From assembly GCA_000826855.1 (NCBI GenBank), contig JTLS01000015.1, positions 1 to 54,533 of the forward strand: a stretch of 54,533 nucleotides of DNA, in the 5' to 3' direction. Shown one piece after another: positions 25,471 to 37,907 of the stretch; position 1 is the stretch's first letter, and each line of letters opens with the position of its first letter. The notes beneath the pieces are model-generated. The model saw nothing but the letters and a program-made list of their open reading frames with translations, ran no database searches and was not told where the DNA came from. The position numbers were made by a program, and so were the translations under genes. The DNA comes from Basidioascus undulatus. Lineage: Eukaryota.

Positions 25471-26875
25471 GGGGATGGGTGGCGGAGAGAAGGGCGGTAC
25501 GGATCCGATGCATTGCGTTATTGGAATACGCTGAGGGTGCAGCAGCGGCGAGCGTATTGTGGGTGGTTCGGACCGCTCTGTCCTGCTGACGCACTATTTT
25601 ACGCACTACTCGCTGCCAGTGCAATGCCAGCAGTCACGCATATTCTTCCAGCAGCTCAGACTTCGTTGCTCAAATGTCGAGCTCCGGAGGGGCCAAGAGT
25701 GGCCAAACAAGCCATAACCGATCAACAAGCGTTCGTTTTCCTTCTCAAATGAACTACTTGACTTGGAATTAACGGTCTATCTTGTGGATGGTCAAGCGGC
25801 CGAAACTCTTGCAGATTCAGTACTCCACACACGTCGTGCAGGAAGTGGAAGCCTTCCCGCTGGAGGAGACCACTCTCGGGTTTGGCGCGGTCGCAGAAAG
25901 GGACACGCACCAGCCGTTCTCGGAGCCGGCCGAGATTGACGCCCAAGGTTCAGCGGTATTGTGGTCAACGTCTTCGACTACCCTTGACGATAAGGCGGAC
26001 GACGAGTCAACCAAGCACTTGCACGTACCTCCTCCGCTGTAAACGATTTGTCGTAGTGCGGAGAATTCAGCAGCTGAAGAGACGATGCATGAGTACTGTT
26101 TGCCACGACCCGTGTCGTTTGGGTCTTTCGATGCGTAGTGGATGATTGATTTCACACTCAGCCGGACTCAGTGCGCTGCTGTTACAGTCTTCGATCGCAA
26201 CAAAACTCTCCTCATTCCACCGCACTGTAGCTCGGTATTCAGATCTCCCTACTTCACATGTTCAGGTTTTCTGACAGGATCGCTTGCAGCTGAGTCCAGC
26301 TTCATTGACCCAAGAGTTATTCTATTTCAGCGCACTGAACTGCGGTTAGTCCACCCGTTGGAACGCCTTCGCTGTACGCTCTCCGTGAAACAACGCATCT
26401 TTCTACCATTTGTGTTCGGTCGAGCGGGTCAAGTTCCCAACTAATCAGCCTGGTCTCCAGTCTCTCACTATATCCCTGACCTCCTATGGGCCAATATAGA
26501 CTGTAGTTTTCGGCCGACACAGGAGGTGCCATGTATAACCTGGCATTGCCGACCCCGATCATGTAGCGTTGGGATACTCGGTCACCGACTTACCATGAAT
26601 GAATGTACGATCTTTATATAGATATCTTATTTCGGTCAATAAATTGTAGGATGATGTACAGCGGCCGCCTCATTTGTGAGGTTGCCTGATAGCAGAGTCA
26701 CATTCACGAAGAACGGCGCCGTCCGACTCTATCTTTGGTCTTCCTGCCTCCTCCTATTGCCAAGCTGGCGCCGTCCGCGAGTATGATCATGTAGAACACA
26801 GCATTTGAACTTCTCCATCGTCTACCCTTTCAGTCTTTCTTGTTTGCTGACCCACCCACTGTCTTTACCCCAATC

Positions 26876-29800
26876 ATGCTAATCCGTACGCCCACACTCT
26901 TTGCTTTCGTCTTTTTCGTCGCTCTCTTCCTTCTCACTGCCGAGGCCCGCAATCCACACGATCGCGCGAACCGCCGCCCCCACTCGAAGCATCGTTCAAG
27001 GTCGTGCAAGAGTCGCTCAATTGGTAATGTTCAAGTTGACAACTCGGTCGAAGTTGATGTCAGCACCAGTTTGGCGAACGCGTCCGTGAGCGTATCGTCG
27101 GATTCCTCGGGCAACAGGCTTGTGCACTATGGCTTGGTTGTGTCTGAGGGTACTGGAAACCCCGATGGGGCCAAGGAACGGTGCGTATGTTTCACGTGTG
27201 CGACTCCAAGCTCGGCTGATAGAGAGGCGTACGTTGTCCGCAGGACGGTTTACCTGATCAACGGACACTTCCCCGGACCGCTCCTTACCCTTGACGAAGG
27301 TGATGATGTCGAGGTATTTCTTCCTCTCTTGTTTGAGATCTCGGTCCAACTGCCTGCTTTCGGCCCACCAGGTTTTTGTGCTGTCGAACATCTCCAAGGG
27401 CATGTCGCTGCACTTCCACTGTATTCAGGTAAGCCTCGTTCTCGTCAAGTATGTCCGGCTTCACACTTCGTTGACGTGCAAAAGCTGTACTAGAAAGCTG
27501 GCACCCCTTGGAGTGACGGCGTAAGCGAGAATTTCCGCAAGCAGTCTGCCGGAGCATCTTCTGAGCACCGAGCTTCCACAGGTACCCGCAGTTACGTAGC
27601 GGATGATTGCACCTGGTGGCAACTTCACCCACCGCTGGCACGCCGATAAACCCAGATTCTACTGGGCTCACGCCCATAGCTGTCAGTTCATCTATATTGA
27701 CGTTGCCCTCCGATGCGTCCTGACGTCGTCCTCCCAACAGCGCAGATGCAGGATCACGGTCTCGCCTTCCCCATCATCGTCCGGTGCGCCTCCGAGGGCC
27801 AGAAAAAAAAAATTGTCTGAAAACTTGCTCACGCGCTTTTGTACACGGTCTAACGACCGTGAGCGGCCTTTTTCGCTTAACTGCTTGGACGCGACCGGCA
27901 TCGCTCAGATGTAAGCTGCCGAGTTCGACCAACACCCGATCATGGTTTCTGACTGGCGCACAAGACGTCCTGCGAGCTTACCGAGTTGTGGCATGCCGCT
28001 CACGACGAACCTCTAGCCTCGAGTGAAACTGGGAGGACTGGCCCCTTTTTTTTTTTTCATCGAGGTTTTCAAGTGCGCCGACTCGGTGCTTCTACATCTG
28101 TCCGGACGCTGCCAACATGTCGACCTGGTCCACCGAGCATGGCTTTGGCATTCTCACTGCAAAGAGATGAGTCGTGGGCGCATCCCTTCGGCTGTCTTCG
28201 TTATTATTTCACCCTCCTTTCTCACGTCCGGCATTTCCCGCAGGTGCACGCCCCTCTCCACCGCCTTCAACACTCGCGCTCTTACGCTGTACGCTCAGCC
28301 CGACCTCGTCGACCCTGCGACGTGGCGGGACTGCACCGCTGCTGGGCTCGACACCCCCTTGGAAAGGATCAAGGTGGACGCTGCCAGCGGTTGGGCGGCC
28401 TTGAGTTTTGTCAACTAGGGCGGGCTGTGGGAGTCAAGGGTGAGTCTTTTCGCATATCAAAAGTCGTGCAAATGACAAATCTGGGCTTCACGTGGGGTGG
28501 ATTATAATGTCGGTCGATGAACATCCGATGTGGGTTTACGGTGAGTGCTCACCCCCGCCATCGCCTGTTGGTTATGTTGTCCATTTTCAACCACTCCACA
28601 GCCGCCCATGGCATGTACCACGAGCCTCAAGAGGTGGACGTTATCTCGGTCAGTCTGCCCTTGTACCTGCCCCAGTGAGCTTTCGCTGATGGTTTCGTGG
28701 CAGATTCCTTCTGGAGAGCGATACCAAGTGAGACGGTCGGTTTCGTCGCTGAATTTCATCAACTGAAGGTACGGTCATGTTAGGTCATGATCAAGCTCGA
28801 CAAGCCCGCCGACGCATACACCATACGAGTTTCCGTGAACACCGTCTGTCAGGTTAGTAAATCGATAAATTATCAGGTCCTAGCGACGCAGGCAAAACGG
28901 TTTGGCTGGGAGCCTGCTGATCCTCTCTGGCTACGCCGTCCTGCAGTACGTCAATGCTCCGAGCCCCACGCCGTCGTGCCCGGTTCGGGCTTCCCTCCCA
29001 TCCCTACCTCCACACCGTAAATGGACTACACCTCGGTATCCATCAACAACGCGTCCATCCTCGACGAGCAGTCGCTCCGCCCGTTCCGGCCAACCCGCCG
29101 GCCCAGCACGCCGCGGACGTCACACTCCGGTTCGGCATGTCCCGTCCGAACGCGACGCTGTGGGCGATGAACTCGAATGGAATGGGCAACGCGTAAGAGG
29201 AGATGGACCCGCTGCTCTGGAACTGGCGCACGAGTAGCTTCGTGGGGACCCCGAACGTTGCCGAGGTCGAGAAAGGGAGCTTTGTGGACGTTATCCTTCA
29301 GGCAACAGCTGGCAGGTGAGTGTAATTTCCGTACAAACCCTGCAAGTGGCCTGCATACCCATCACTGACAGGCTCGTGCAGCCCCAATCACCCGATTCAC
29401 AAGGTCCGTCCGCTGTCCTTCCGTATCCTCGACTTATATCAACTGACCGGCATCTGCCCCTCCACTCTTTTTAGCACTTCAACAAGGTCTGGGTGCTCGG
29501 ATCCGGACCAGGCAGCTTCAGCTATGATTCCGTTGCGGACGCGGTCGCTGCCGAGCCGGACCTCCTGAACCTGTCCAACCCTCCACTGCGCGCGCCTGGG
29601 ACCATCCCTCTAATTTCCTAGAAACAGACCCTGAGCTCAGCCATGATTTTCCGTAGACGGCTGGAATTCGCCCGCGGCTGAAGCGGATCCAGCATGGATT
29701 ATCGTTCGCTGTCAGTACCTTTGCCGTTTCATTTTCACCTGCCTGCCGCTGACGGTGCTTTCTCGCAGACGTCGCCACGAGCCTTGGTCCCGACGTGATG

Positions 29801-30173
29801 CACTGCCATATCTCTCAAGTTCGTCTCTTTGTTAGCCAGGTTCTTTTTCTCTGCGCCAAGTGGTACGGTGAAAGCTGACTGCTTGTACTGCGCCGTTCTA
29901 CACAGCACGTGCTCGGCGGGATGGTAGCCGGTACGACCTCCGCAAACCGGTTTGCCAAGCAGGACATTGAGTACTCACCTGTTCTCTCATTCAACAGTCA
30001 TTCTAGAAGGCATGGACCTACAAATCCCCGGTGAGTATGCCGCTCCCGCGGAAGGCTCGTCCGCCTTGTTAGCAACTCCCCATCCCCCACCCCTTTTCGT
30101 CTCACGCGAAAACGGACGCTATCCTTGTTCTGCAAATGCATTCAGTGACCTCGCATTGCGTCTCGTAGTTTAG
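26876..30173 (+). pseudogene. Laccase-like multicopper oxidase (AA1), pseudogenised
   Basis: Signal peptide, LINGHFPGPLL, copper motifs HFH, YWAHAH, HPIHKH and MHCHISQHVLGGM. In-frame stops inside conserved exons at 27597-27599 (TAG), 27912-27914 (TAA), 28416-28418 (TAG) and 29194-29196 (TAA). Splice sites look damaged near 27848 and 27965. The 3' end is approximate. Confidence 0.85.
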
Positions 30174-30648
30174 CACGCGGAACGGACGCTTTATTCAACG
30201 TCACTTATCTATCGAACTTGCTGAGTTACGTACGTGTTCACGTCGCACAACTCTTGCGCATTCATCCGCATGTCGTTCGAAACTTTGGAGACTAGGACAC
30301 GACATCCTGCTACTTCATGCAGTCCACTCACCGCACAATTCCTTCCAGAACGTCACCGTCAGCCCAGTGGTAGTTTGTGACGACGCGGACGTTGAATATG
30401 CTGCCTGTAAGCCCCAACTTTACTGGAGCGCGACTTGTCTGCGGTGTGCTGACGCTCCGAAATGCAGTCTCTGCGTCTAGGGGCTACTGCCTCACAGCGG
30501 TCAGATTTGCATGGCCCTCGTGAGTGCACCCAGTATTGAGGGGTCTGACTGGGTCTCAAATGCTGACGTGGACCTCGACGAAGGCACGTAGACTCGCGTT
30601 TATGTATAAGAACAAAATGAAAGAGAAAGGGCGTAAGAGAGATTCAGA

Positions 30649-32090
30649 TCATCGTCCCCTTGCGCTGCACGGCCTCCGCGTGGGCACAGCGATCTGCGGC
30701 GAGGGCCTCGGCGTCGCGGGGAGGCCTGCCGGGCGCTGCTGCTGCTGCTGCTGCTGCGGCCTGTACGGGTGCGATGACGGTGGGCCTGCGAAGAGCGGAG
30801 GCGGGCGGCGGATATTGGACGCCGCGGAGGAGGGTCGCGCGCGGGAGAGGAGTAGACGGACGCGGTCCCGACGGAGCGCATCTCGTCGAAGGTGGTCAGG
30901 ATCTCGGCGAAGCTGTCTGGGCGGAGGGCGGGGTCGATTGGGGAGAGGGAGAGGGAGGTGCAGGTGGCGGGGGAGAGGGAGAGGCGGTTGATCGGGGTGG
31001 GCGGAATGGAGGAGGCCGAGGCGGGGAGACCAAGGAACGGACAGAGGGGGAGACGAGGCCTGCTCGGGGTCCTGGAAGGGAACAATGCGCGATGGGTGTA
31101 GGCGTTGGCGTGGGAGAAACGAAGGAGGAGATCGGTACGCACCGTCTATGAAACTCGTCACGTCCCAGAACGCCCGCTCGCTTTCTGGGCCCCCAGGTAC
31201 TCTCAGAATACCTTCCGTCCCCGTCTTCTCCAATACGACAGAAGGTACGCGCGGTGTCCCCGACGCCTCAGCAGGGGTGGACATGATCTCGAACACGCTC
31301 CCGGCGTATTCGATGGGCGTCCGGACGTCCGGGCTCGACGGCAGACTGGGCCCGGGTAGGGCGACGCCGACCCTGGAGATGCTGCTGATGCTGCTTGCAC
31401 CGTGAGGAACGTTAGACGCTGGAGAGCTTCGAACTGCTCGCAGTGCATGGGAGGGGTTACGTTCGATCAGTTCAGCTTCTGGGGGATGAGAGGGGGAGAT
31501 GCGCACGATCGCGAACGTCAGCAACAGCAGGGCCAGCAGCGCCTTCATCACGAACCCGACGTTCTCCCAGCGCTTCCTCCACCCCAACCCACCCGCGTTC
31601 CTCCCCGCGCCAGCCAACCCAACAAGCACCAGTGCGCCGACCACTCTCGTCGCAGCACCGGCGATCTCGCGCGCGATGCAGAGCGCAAACACGATGCGGC
31701 GACGGTCGGTCGTGGTTGTGGTTGTGGTAGGGGCGAACCGCTGGCGCATGAGGAGGAGCTGAGCGAGGTCGAGGATGTTTGCGAGGCTTTGGAGGAGGCC
31801 GGCGGAGGCGGCGGAGAGCGCTGCGGCTGAGATGGAGGGGGGGGGGAGGAGGGAGAGGAGGGAGAGCGGGAGGAGGGCCACGGTCGGGAGGAGGGTCAGG
31901 AGGGGCGTCACCTGCGTGAGAAGGGGGTGTGAGTAGATTGTTTTGTGTGACGGATGGGGATTGTGAAGCAAATGGGGCGCACGATCAGGAAGAAGACCGT
32001 GAGGGGAATCGTCCCGTTGGCGGAGATGAGGAGCGTTGGGTCGCGCAAGACAGCGGGAGGAAGACATGGCCCGGGCGTCGTAGCCGTCAT
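30649..32090 (-). CDS. Uncharacterised multi-pass membrane protein with disordered Pro/Ser-rich tail
   Basis: MTATTPGPCLPP...TVFFLI, an intron, then several hydrophobic segments (VTPLLTLLPTVALLPLSLLSLL, IVFALCIAREIAGAATRVVGALVLVGL, FVMKALLALLLLTFAI). The frame and splicing of the 3' half are unresolved. Confidence 0.55.
30736..30757. repeat. (CTG/CAG)~7 microsatellite
   Basis: gctgctgctgctgctgctgc run in the tail region of the minus-strand membrane protein gene. Confidence 0.7.
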
Positions 32091-32785
32091 GAATCTCATC
32101 CGACGCTCGGAACCTAGTCATTAAGGAAGTGCAGGATCCAGACAAGCCGGCCCCGCATGAAGCGTCGGATTGAGCTGAGGAGGACTGTCACGCTAGAAGA
32201 CTTAAAACGCACAGAATACGGACCGATGGAGCGACAAAAGAGGGAACGAGCGTGATCGAGAGTGAGAGAACCGGGAGTTCGAAAGATGAGTGCGAGATCG
32301 ACGACGAGAGAGCGCTTGGAGTCGCGCTCGCAGTCGAGGACGACGAGAAGGAACAATATCCTGGATATTCGAGTGCCAGGTACGCTTCGAGACAAAAGGC
32401 GATGGAAACCAGAGCTTGAGGACGGCTGTTGCTAGGGAGGAGCGACGATCATCGCATCAGGGATGCCCATCAGGCACCGCCGCGCTGCATCGTGTTTGCA
32501 GTGCCAGCCGTACCACAAATGTTGAGTAAAAGCTCAAGTCAGTAGCAATTTATTGTCAGCTTCCTGTGTCAGTTGCGTGGGGGCATGCTCTACATGATAG
32601 CGAAGAATCTAGGGCAAGAGAGAGGGCACTCCGCGTTTCGGCCGGTGGCCAGTCAAACCACATTACGTAAGAATCTCCTACACAAGACTTCCTCCAGCGA
32701 GTTGCCTGCCAGGCTCCAAGAGGCTCGCCAGCCTCGTTCTCCCTTTCCGTTCGTCTCGTCAGCAGTATCCACAACGTCAGCCATC

Positions 32786-33270
32786 ATGTCCGAGCCTACA
32801 TCCACCGCGCCCGCCGCGCCCTCCTCCTCCTCCGGCCCCCCCTCCGAAACGACCCCCTCCACCTCTATCGCCCCCACCCGCACGCTCTCCACCCTCGCCG
32901 CCATCCCCAAATCGACCCACAAGCCCTTCGTGCGCTCGCACCTCGCCCCCGCGGTGTCGCAGTCCTTCGCCGCGCGGCAGGCGAAGGAGGCGCGCCTGAA
33001 GGAGGTCAAGGCGCGCGAGCAGGAGATGAAGGAGGCGGTGGAGAGCAAGAAGCGCGAGCGCCGGGAGACGACGCTGGAGCGGAAGCGGATCGCCGAGGAG
33101 AAGGCCAGGCTGGCGGAGGTCGCTAGTAAGGTGCGTTGGGCTGGAGCTGGGGGGGAGGCTATGGTGGGGGCGGTGCTGATTTGGGGAGTGGTGGGGTGCG
33201 ATAGGCGAAGGAGAGGAAGCTCAAGAGGCAGAGGAAGAGGGAGGGGAGGAGCGCAAAGGTCAACCAGTAG
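32786..33270 (+). CDS. CGR1: rRNA-processing protein Cgr1
   Basis: Small basic coiled-coil protein: SFAARQAKEARLKEVKAREQEMKE...ERKRIAEEKARLAEVASK|AKERKLKRQRKREGRSAKVNQ*, with one intron at 33131-33204. Confidence 0.82.
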
Positions 33271-33809
33271 ATGGACACGCCGGACGTTACTCTTTATCTC
33301 TGTACCTTCATACCTCTCCAGCGCACTCACATTGTACTTGTACCACTTCGCCCGTCACGCTCGTTTCTGGCCTTTCATCCGCCCGCGTCCGATCGCAGGG
33401 CCCAACTCCGCGTGCTCACGACATCAAGCGGTCTCTTCGTTCTCTTCTCTCTTCGGACGTCTGCTGACGTCCTGATATACTCACGAGCGATTCCGGTCTG
33501 GTTTCGACAGTGTTTCTTCGTCTCTACAGCGCCACTGGATGATCTTGATTCCTCGCTTTCACTCGCCACCTCGCTTCGCACACCACCGGGCATCGACACA
33601 GACTTGGACCCTGACATAGTACCTTTACCATGCTGCTGAGAGGGTGGTACGCTGGAAAGCTTTTGGGTGTGATTGCCGAGCTGGCCAATGTAGGCCTTGA
33701 GCTCGTCCAGGCCCGCCCAGCCACAATCTACCCTTCAGAAAATCGTGACCACTCTCATTTCTCCGAATTCATGTCCTGTGCAACAGCTTGGAGTAACTAT
33801 CGGTTTTGA

Positions 33810-34733
33810 TTCTCGATACTGTCCCGTTGGCATGCCAAGCGCATTGGAAGTCGCACTGTGGCGAAGCTGGGAGGACTTGCGGAACACGCGGAGTTGACGC
33901 GCGTGTTCGAGGTCTCGGGCGCCCCCCTGGGCAAATCAGAGGTACGCTCTTCGACTGCGTTACCATGTTCAATTCCATAACTTTTCGTTGATTATGATCA
34001 TCATGCCTTTATGCTGCTTGACAGAAAACTCGCAAGCTTATCAAGACGCTGAAGAAGCTGCCAAATGGATTCTTCCCCGTACGTTTGCCTGTCCCTTTCC
34101 GCCTCTAATGCACCAACGATCATAGGCTGTGTGTTGATGCTATAAGACTGTAAGGACGGACAGCATGGTTCCTTTTCCTGCTACATGCTATCCTTGCAGG
34201 ATCCACAGAAGTGGTCGAAGGCGCAGGGCGGGGAGCTGCGAGGCTGGAAGCCCGAGTGGATGCAGACGATGGTGGATAAAACGGCGCAGAGGATGAAGGG
34301 TGGGAAGAAGTATACGGGTCTCGACAACGTGGGGACCGAGCTCCTGCAAGTCGTTGCCGTCGCCCTGCTGGACGGCCGTATTCGGCGTGATTGTGCGGGA
34401 GGCCGGAGAGCGGAAGAGGCATTAAATGGACGTGGTGCTTTCCGTGTTGCAGCTGTCGGCAGTCAGTGGCATCTTGTTGCTTTGATGATTGGCCCTAGGG
34501 TGCGCTCTGAAGGTGAATTGTCAAAACAACTCATCTAGACGATCCGCTTTTCTTCAGGTGCCCTGAAGGCTCTCAGTTCGAAACCCAGCCGGTGGCTCAA
34601 GGTCCTGGACCTCTTACGACGGCTTGTTCAGGCTGTACCAGGCTCTTTGTGCCTTGCGGCCGCTCAAAAGGTAGAAATCCTTGATACACAAGCAAGTTCA
34701 AATACTTCCATCGACAACAAAGATAGGGCCTGA
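33810..34733 (+). CDS. Orphan multi-exon gene or gene remnant, unknown product
   Basis: Protein-like segments bounded by canonical splice signals: ...GGLAEHAELTRVFEVSGAPLGKSE|GTACGC; KTRKLIKTLKKLPNGFFP|GTACGT; CAG|DPQKWSKAQGGELRGWKPEWMQ...; CAG|ALKALSSKPSRWLKVLDLLRRL...DNKDRA*. No start codon identified. Confidence 0.4.
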
Positions 34734-35051
34734 CATGGCCACGGTAGTAGACTCGGGTAAGCAGAGCGGAGATATCCTGATAAGAGTGTCAGAGTATAAT
34801 AATTGGTCTGATAAAGTGGTATTTTTCCATAAAGGTGGATTTTGTACTTGCCGAAATGCTGCGACTGAAGCTCGCACTCTGCCAAGTGGCGAAACGTGCA
34901 GGGCTACAAGGCCTGCGGCGGCTTTTTCGTATCTTGGCCTCATGCCGTCGTTGCAACTTGCATTTGCACCACGACGACCTCAACACGAAATGCCTCTTTT
35001 CTCAGACCGATAACCTAGCTCCCCTTCCTCTGGATTGACTAACGCATCGTG

Positions 35052-37369
35052 ATGTGTGTTTCGATCGACCGAGTCGAGGGTGTTACGGTGCTCACCCGGG
35101 GACATCGCAGGGACGGCTATTCGATCCTCGCCCTCCTCGTCTTCCTCCTCGTCGGTCCGTCATCTCAATCTGAACCCCACTGTTTCGAAGTTTAAATGTT
35201 CCAGACTGGTTTCTATGCAGCGTTCTTTGTGATCTGGCCCCTCCGCATCCCCGTCCCACTCCCACCGCTCCACCCGCGTCTGCCCCGGCGCATCCGCCTC
35301 GCCCTCGATTTGAACACCGCGCCCGTTTCCGGGGTGCTCCTCCTCCTCGTCACGCGCACGATCGGCGCGCATGAGCTCCGATCTGGTATAATTGGCGGTG
35401 GGGAGACGCATGCGAAGCCGTACGACGTGCTCGCGCTGTTCATCAGCTTGGTGCGTTCGCTCCCTTTTGGGCGACGATCCGGAGACGCTGGCTATGAGCT
35501 AAATAGAGGGGAATGGTAGGCGTATATCAGCATATCGTTGGATACTACCGGTGTATTGCGCTTTCTGGCCTTCTGGGTCGCCAGGCGCGGAGGTACGTCG
35601 GGAAGGAAGCTGTACCTTTATCTCTACTTGTTCTTCTTTTGCCTCGCCGCGTTCGTGGGCAACGTGAGTCTACCCCTTGTTCTTCTTTCCACTAGACCTT
35701 TTTGCACGCTTTTACTGACGTATTTCCTCTCTACTCGTAATTTTACAGGACCCCATCATTCTCTCCGGGTACGCCAACTTCCGCGCCGAACCTGAGGCAC
35801 ACGCTCAATTCGTCCACTCAACTTAGAACCGCCTTTCTAGCGTACTTCACGCGAGTGACGGGCATCACACCTCCTTCAGCGTGGATCTTTTCCCAGTTTG
35901 CAGCCGCCAATCTGGGTGCGCTTTCTCTTCCTACCCCACTCGTCCCCCCCGTCTTACCTATTCGCCTTCCGCCCAATAGCGAGCGCTATCCTACCGCCAA
36001 GCAACCCGACTAATCTCGGTACGCCTTTTCATTCCTTCACCAATGCATTGCGTCTTCTGATACCCTCCTCACGGGCAGTCCTCACGTCCACCTTCTCCCT
36101 CTCCTTCCTCACCTACGCGCTCTACCTCCTCATCCCGACCCTCCTGACCTCGCTCGTCGTCTACCCCACACTTCTTTTTGTCTTCACACTCCGCCGCCCA
36201 CCTGCCTCACCCATCTTCTCCGGCGCCGACGCCCACGCGCGTTACATTCCTCTCGCGCTCGAGCACCCGCCTGACGTCACTCCGCGCGCGGCTTTGCTCG
36301 ACCCGGTTGGCGCCATCTTCGGGAGCGTCCTACTCGCGTGCACTCTCATCGTGCTCGTCGTGTGCAGCGTCGTGGTCGGAGAGGACATGGACGTCTGCTG
36401 GGTGACCTTGCCAGCCGCGGGGATCATGCTGGTTCGGGATCTGTGGTGGGATTGGAAGGGGAGTGGGAAGGGAGGATCGGATACAGATGCGGCTGAAGAA
36501 GCCGAACAGCAACAGGCGGACGGGCACGACGTCGTCGAGGCGCGTGCACACGTCGGAGCTCCCGTCGAGCTCAACGCCCTCCCTCCAGCCAGCTGCTCCC
36601 CTTCCCGTATCTCCTCCGTCTCCGCGAAGTCCTCCCGGCAATCCTCTCCCCGCCGTATTCTGGCACCCTTCCTCCGCCTCCCCGCGCTCTTCCCCACAAC
36701 AGCCCACGTCCTCGCCTCCCTCCCCTATCCGCTTCTCCCCTTCGCATTCAGCCTGTTCATCCTCGTCTCCTCCCTCAACACACACGGATGGATCGGAATC
36801 TTCGCTTCCTGGGCTGGCAAAATCATCGGCGGGTCGGACGTCCGCGCCGTCTTCCTCACTGGCTTGTTCGGTGTCATGCTTTGCAACGTCCGTCCCACCT
36901 CTTCCCTTCGGTTTTCTCCTACCCCTTCCGCGCTCACACGGACACGCAAACCAGGGAATCACCAACATCGGCTGCACGCTCCTCCTGTCCCAGATACTCC
37001 TGCACCCATCCTTCCTCTCCCCCGCCTCTGGCCCGTCCAACGACTCTCAACGCATCACCTGCGGCGCCGCGTTCGCCCTCGCGTTCGCGTCCAACGTCGG
37101 CGCGTACAGCTTCACGTTCTCGGCGTCCCTCGCCGGGCTTCTGTGGCGCCGGATCCTCCGTCAGAAGGGGATCAGCGTGGGAAGGAGGGAATGGGTCGGC
37201 TGGAACGCGCCTGTTCTGGCGGTCAGTTTGGGGGTGGGCCTAGGTACGTTGAAAGTTATTTGAAGCTTCGTGGGCGTAGACATCGGGCACTGACGGGACG
37301 AGGGCGGTGCTGCGGGGACGCGCAGCGGTCGTATTGGCCGAGGTGCGGATCATGTTCCCTGCTGCATAA
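35052..37369 (+). CDS. ArsB/NhaD-superfamily permease (fungal arsenical-pump-like, Lsi2-related)
   Basis: Motifs KPYDVLALFISLAYISISLDTTG, GNDPIILSGTAFL, SNPTNL, TNIG and ASNVGAYSFTFSASLAGLLWRRIL, with many transmembrane segments and canonical introns. Confidence 0.88.
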
Positions 37370-37907
37370 TCAGCCTCGATGGCGCTGTTTTCATTTCCAC
37401 TCTGGTGTCTTCGGAATATATACATTCATCAACTTGTTTCATTTTGCTCGTCTTCTCGGAGCGAGGCGACGGGGAATCAAGGCGACGGAAACCCGTTGTC
37501 GACTTGACGCGGGATAGTGATCGTTGCTTAGAACGACAGCAGATATCCGTCTCAGGTGCTTGTAAGAGTGAAATCGGACCTTCGAGCATCAACGAGCATG
37601 AGATAGAAGCGCCTGTGTACGCGAACGCCGCGGGAAAGCGAGTCGAACGACAAAAATGGCAAGCTTTGAAAGAATAGGCGTACCGGACCCATTGGTCGAA
37701 CTACATGAATGTGAAAACTAAAACCAATTGAGAACCGTGAAGTCTCAGTCGATGGTAAGGTACGAAGGAGATCGACTGGCGCAGAGTCCCAGAGGACACG
37801 ACGCGCCCTCGACGCGTCCTCAGGTTGCTTTCCTTCCTCCTTCCGCGTTTCTCCTCTCGCGTTCGGTCGCTCCGCGCCAGCCTCTGACGGGCACCCATCA
37901 ACGCCCA

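Noticed and set aside
27597..29196. Stop-codon reassignment or A-to-I editing rescuing the laccase
   Set aside because: TAA and TAG terminate neighbouring intact genes (YHM2, AKR, CGR1, APC4). The expected residue at 27597 is Gln, not Trp, and splice sites are also damaged.
37800..37850. MCB-like ACGCGT upstream of APC4
   Set aside because: One exact hexamer in CpG-rich DNA is expected by chance.
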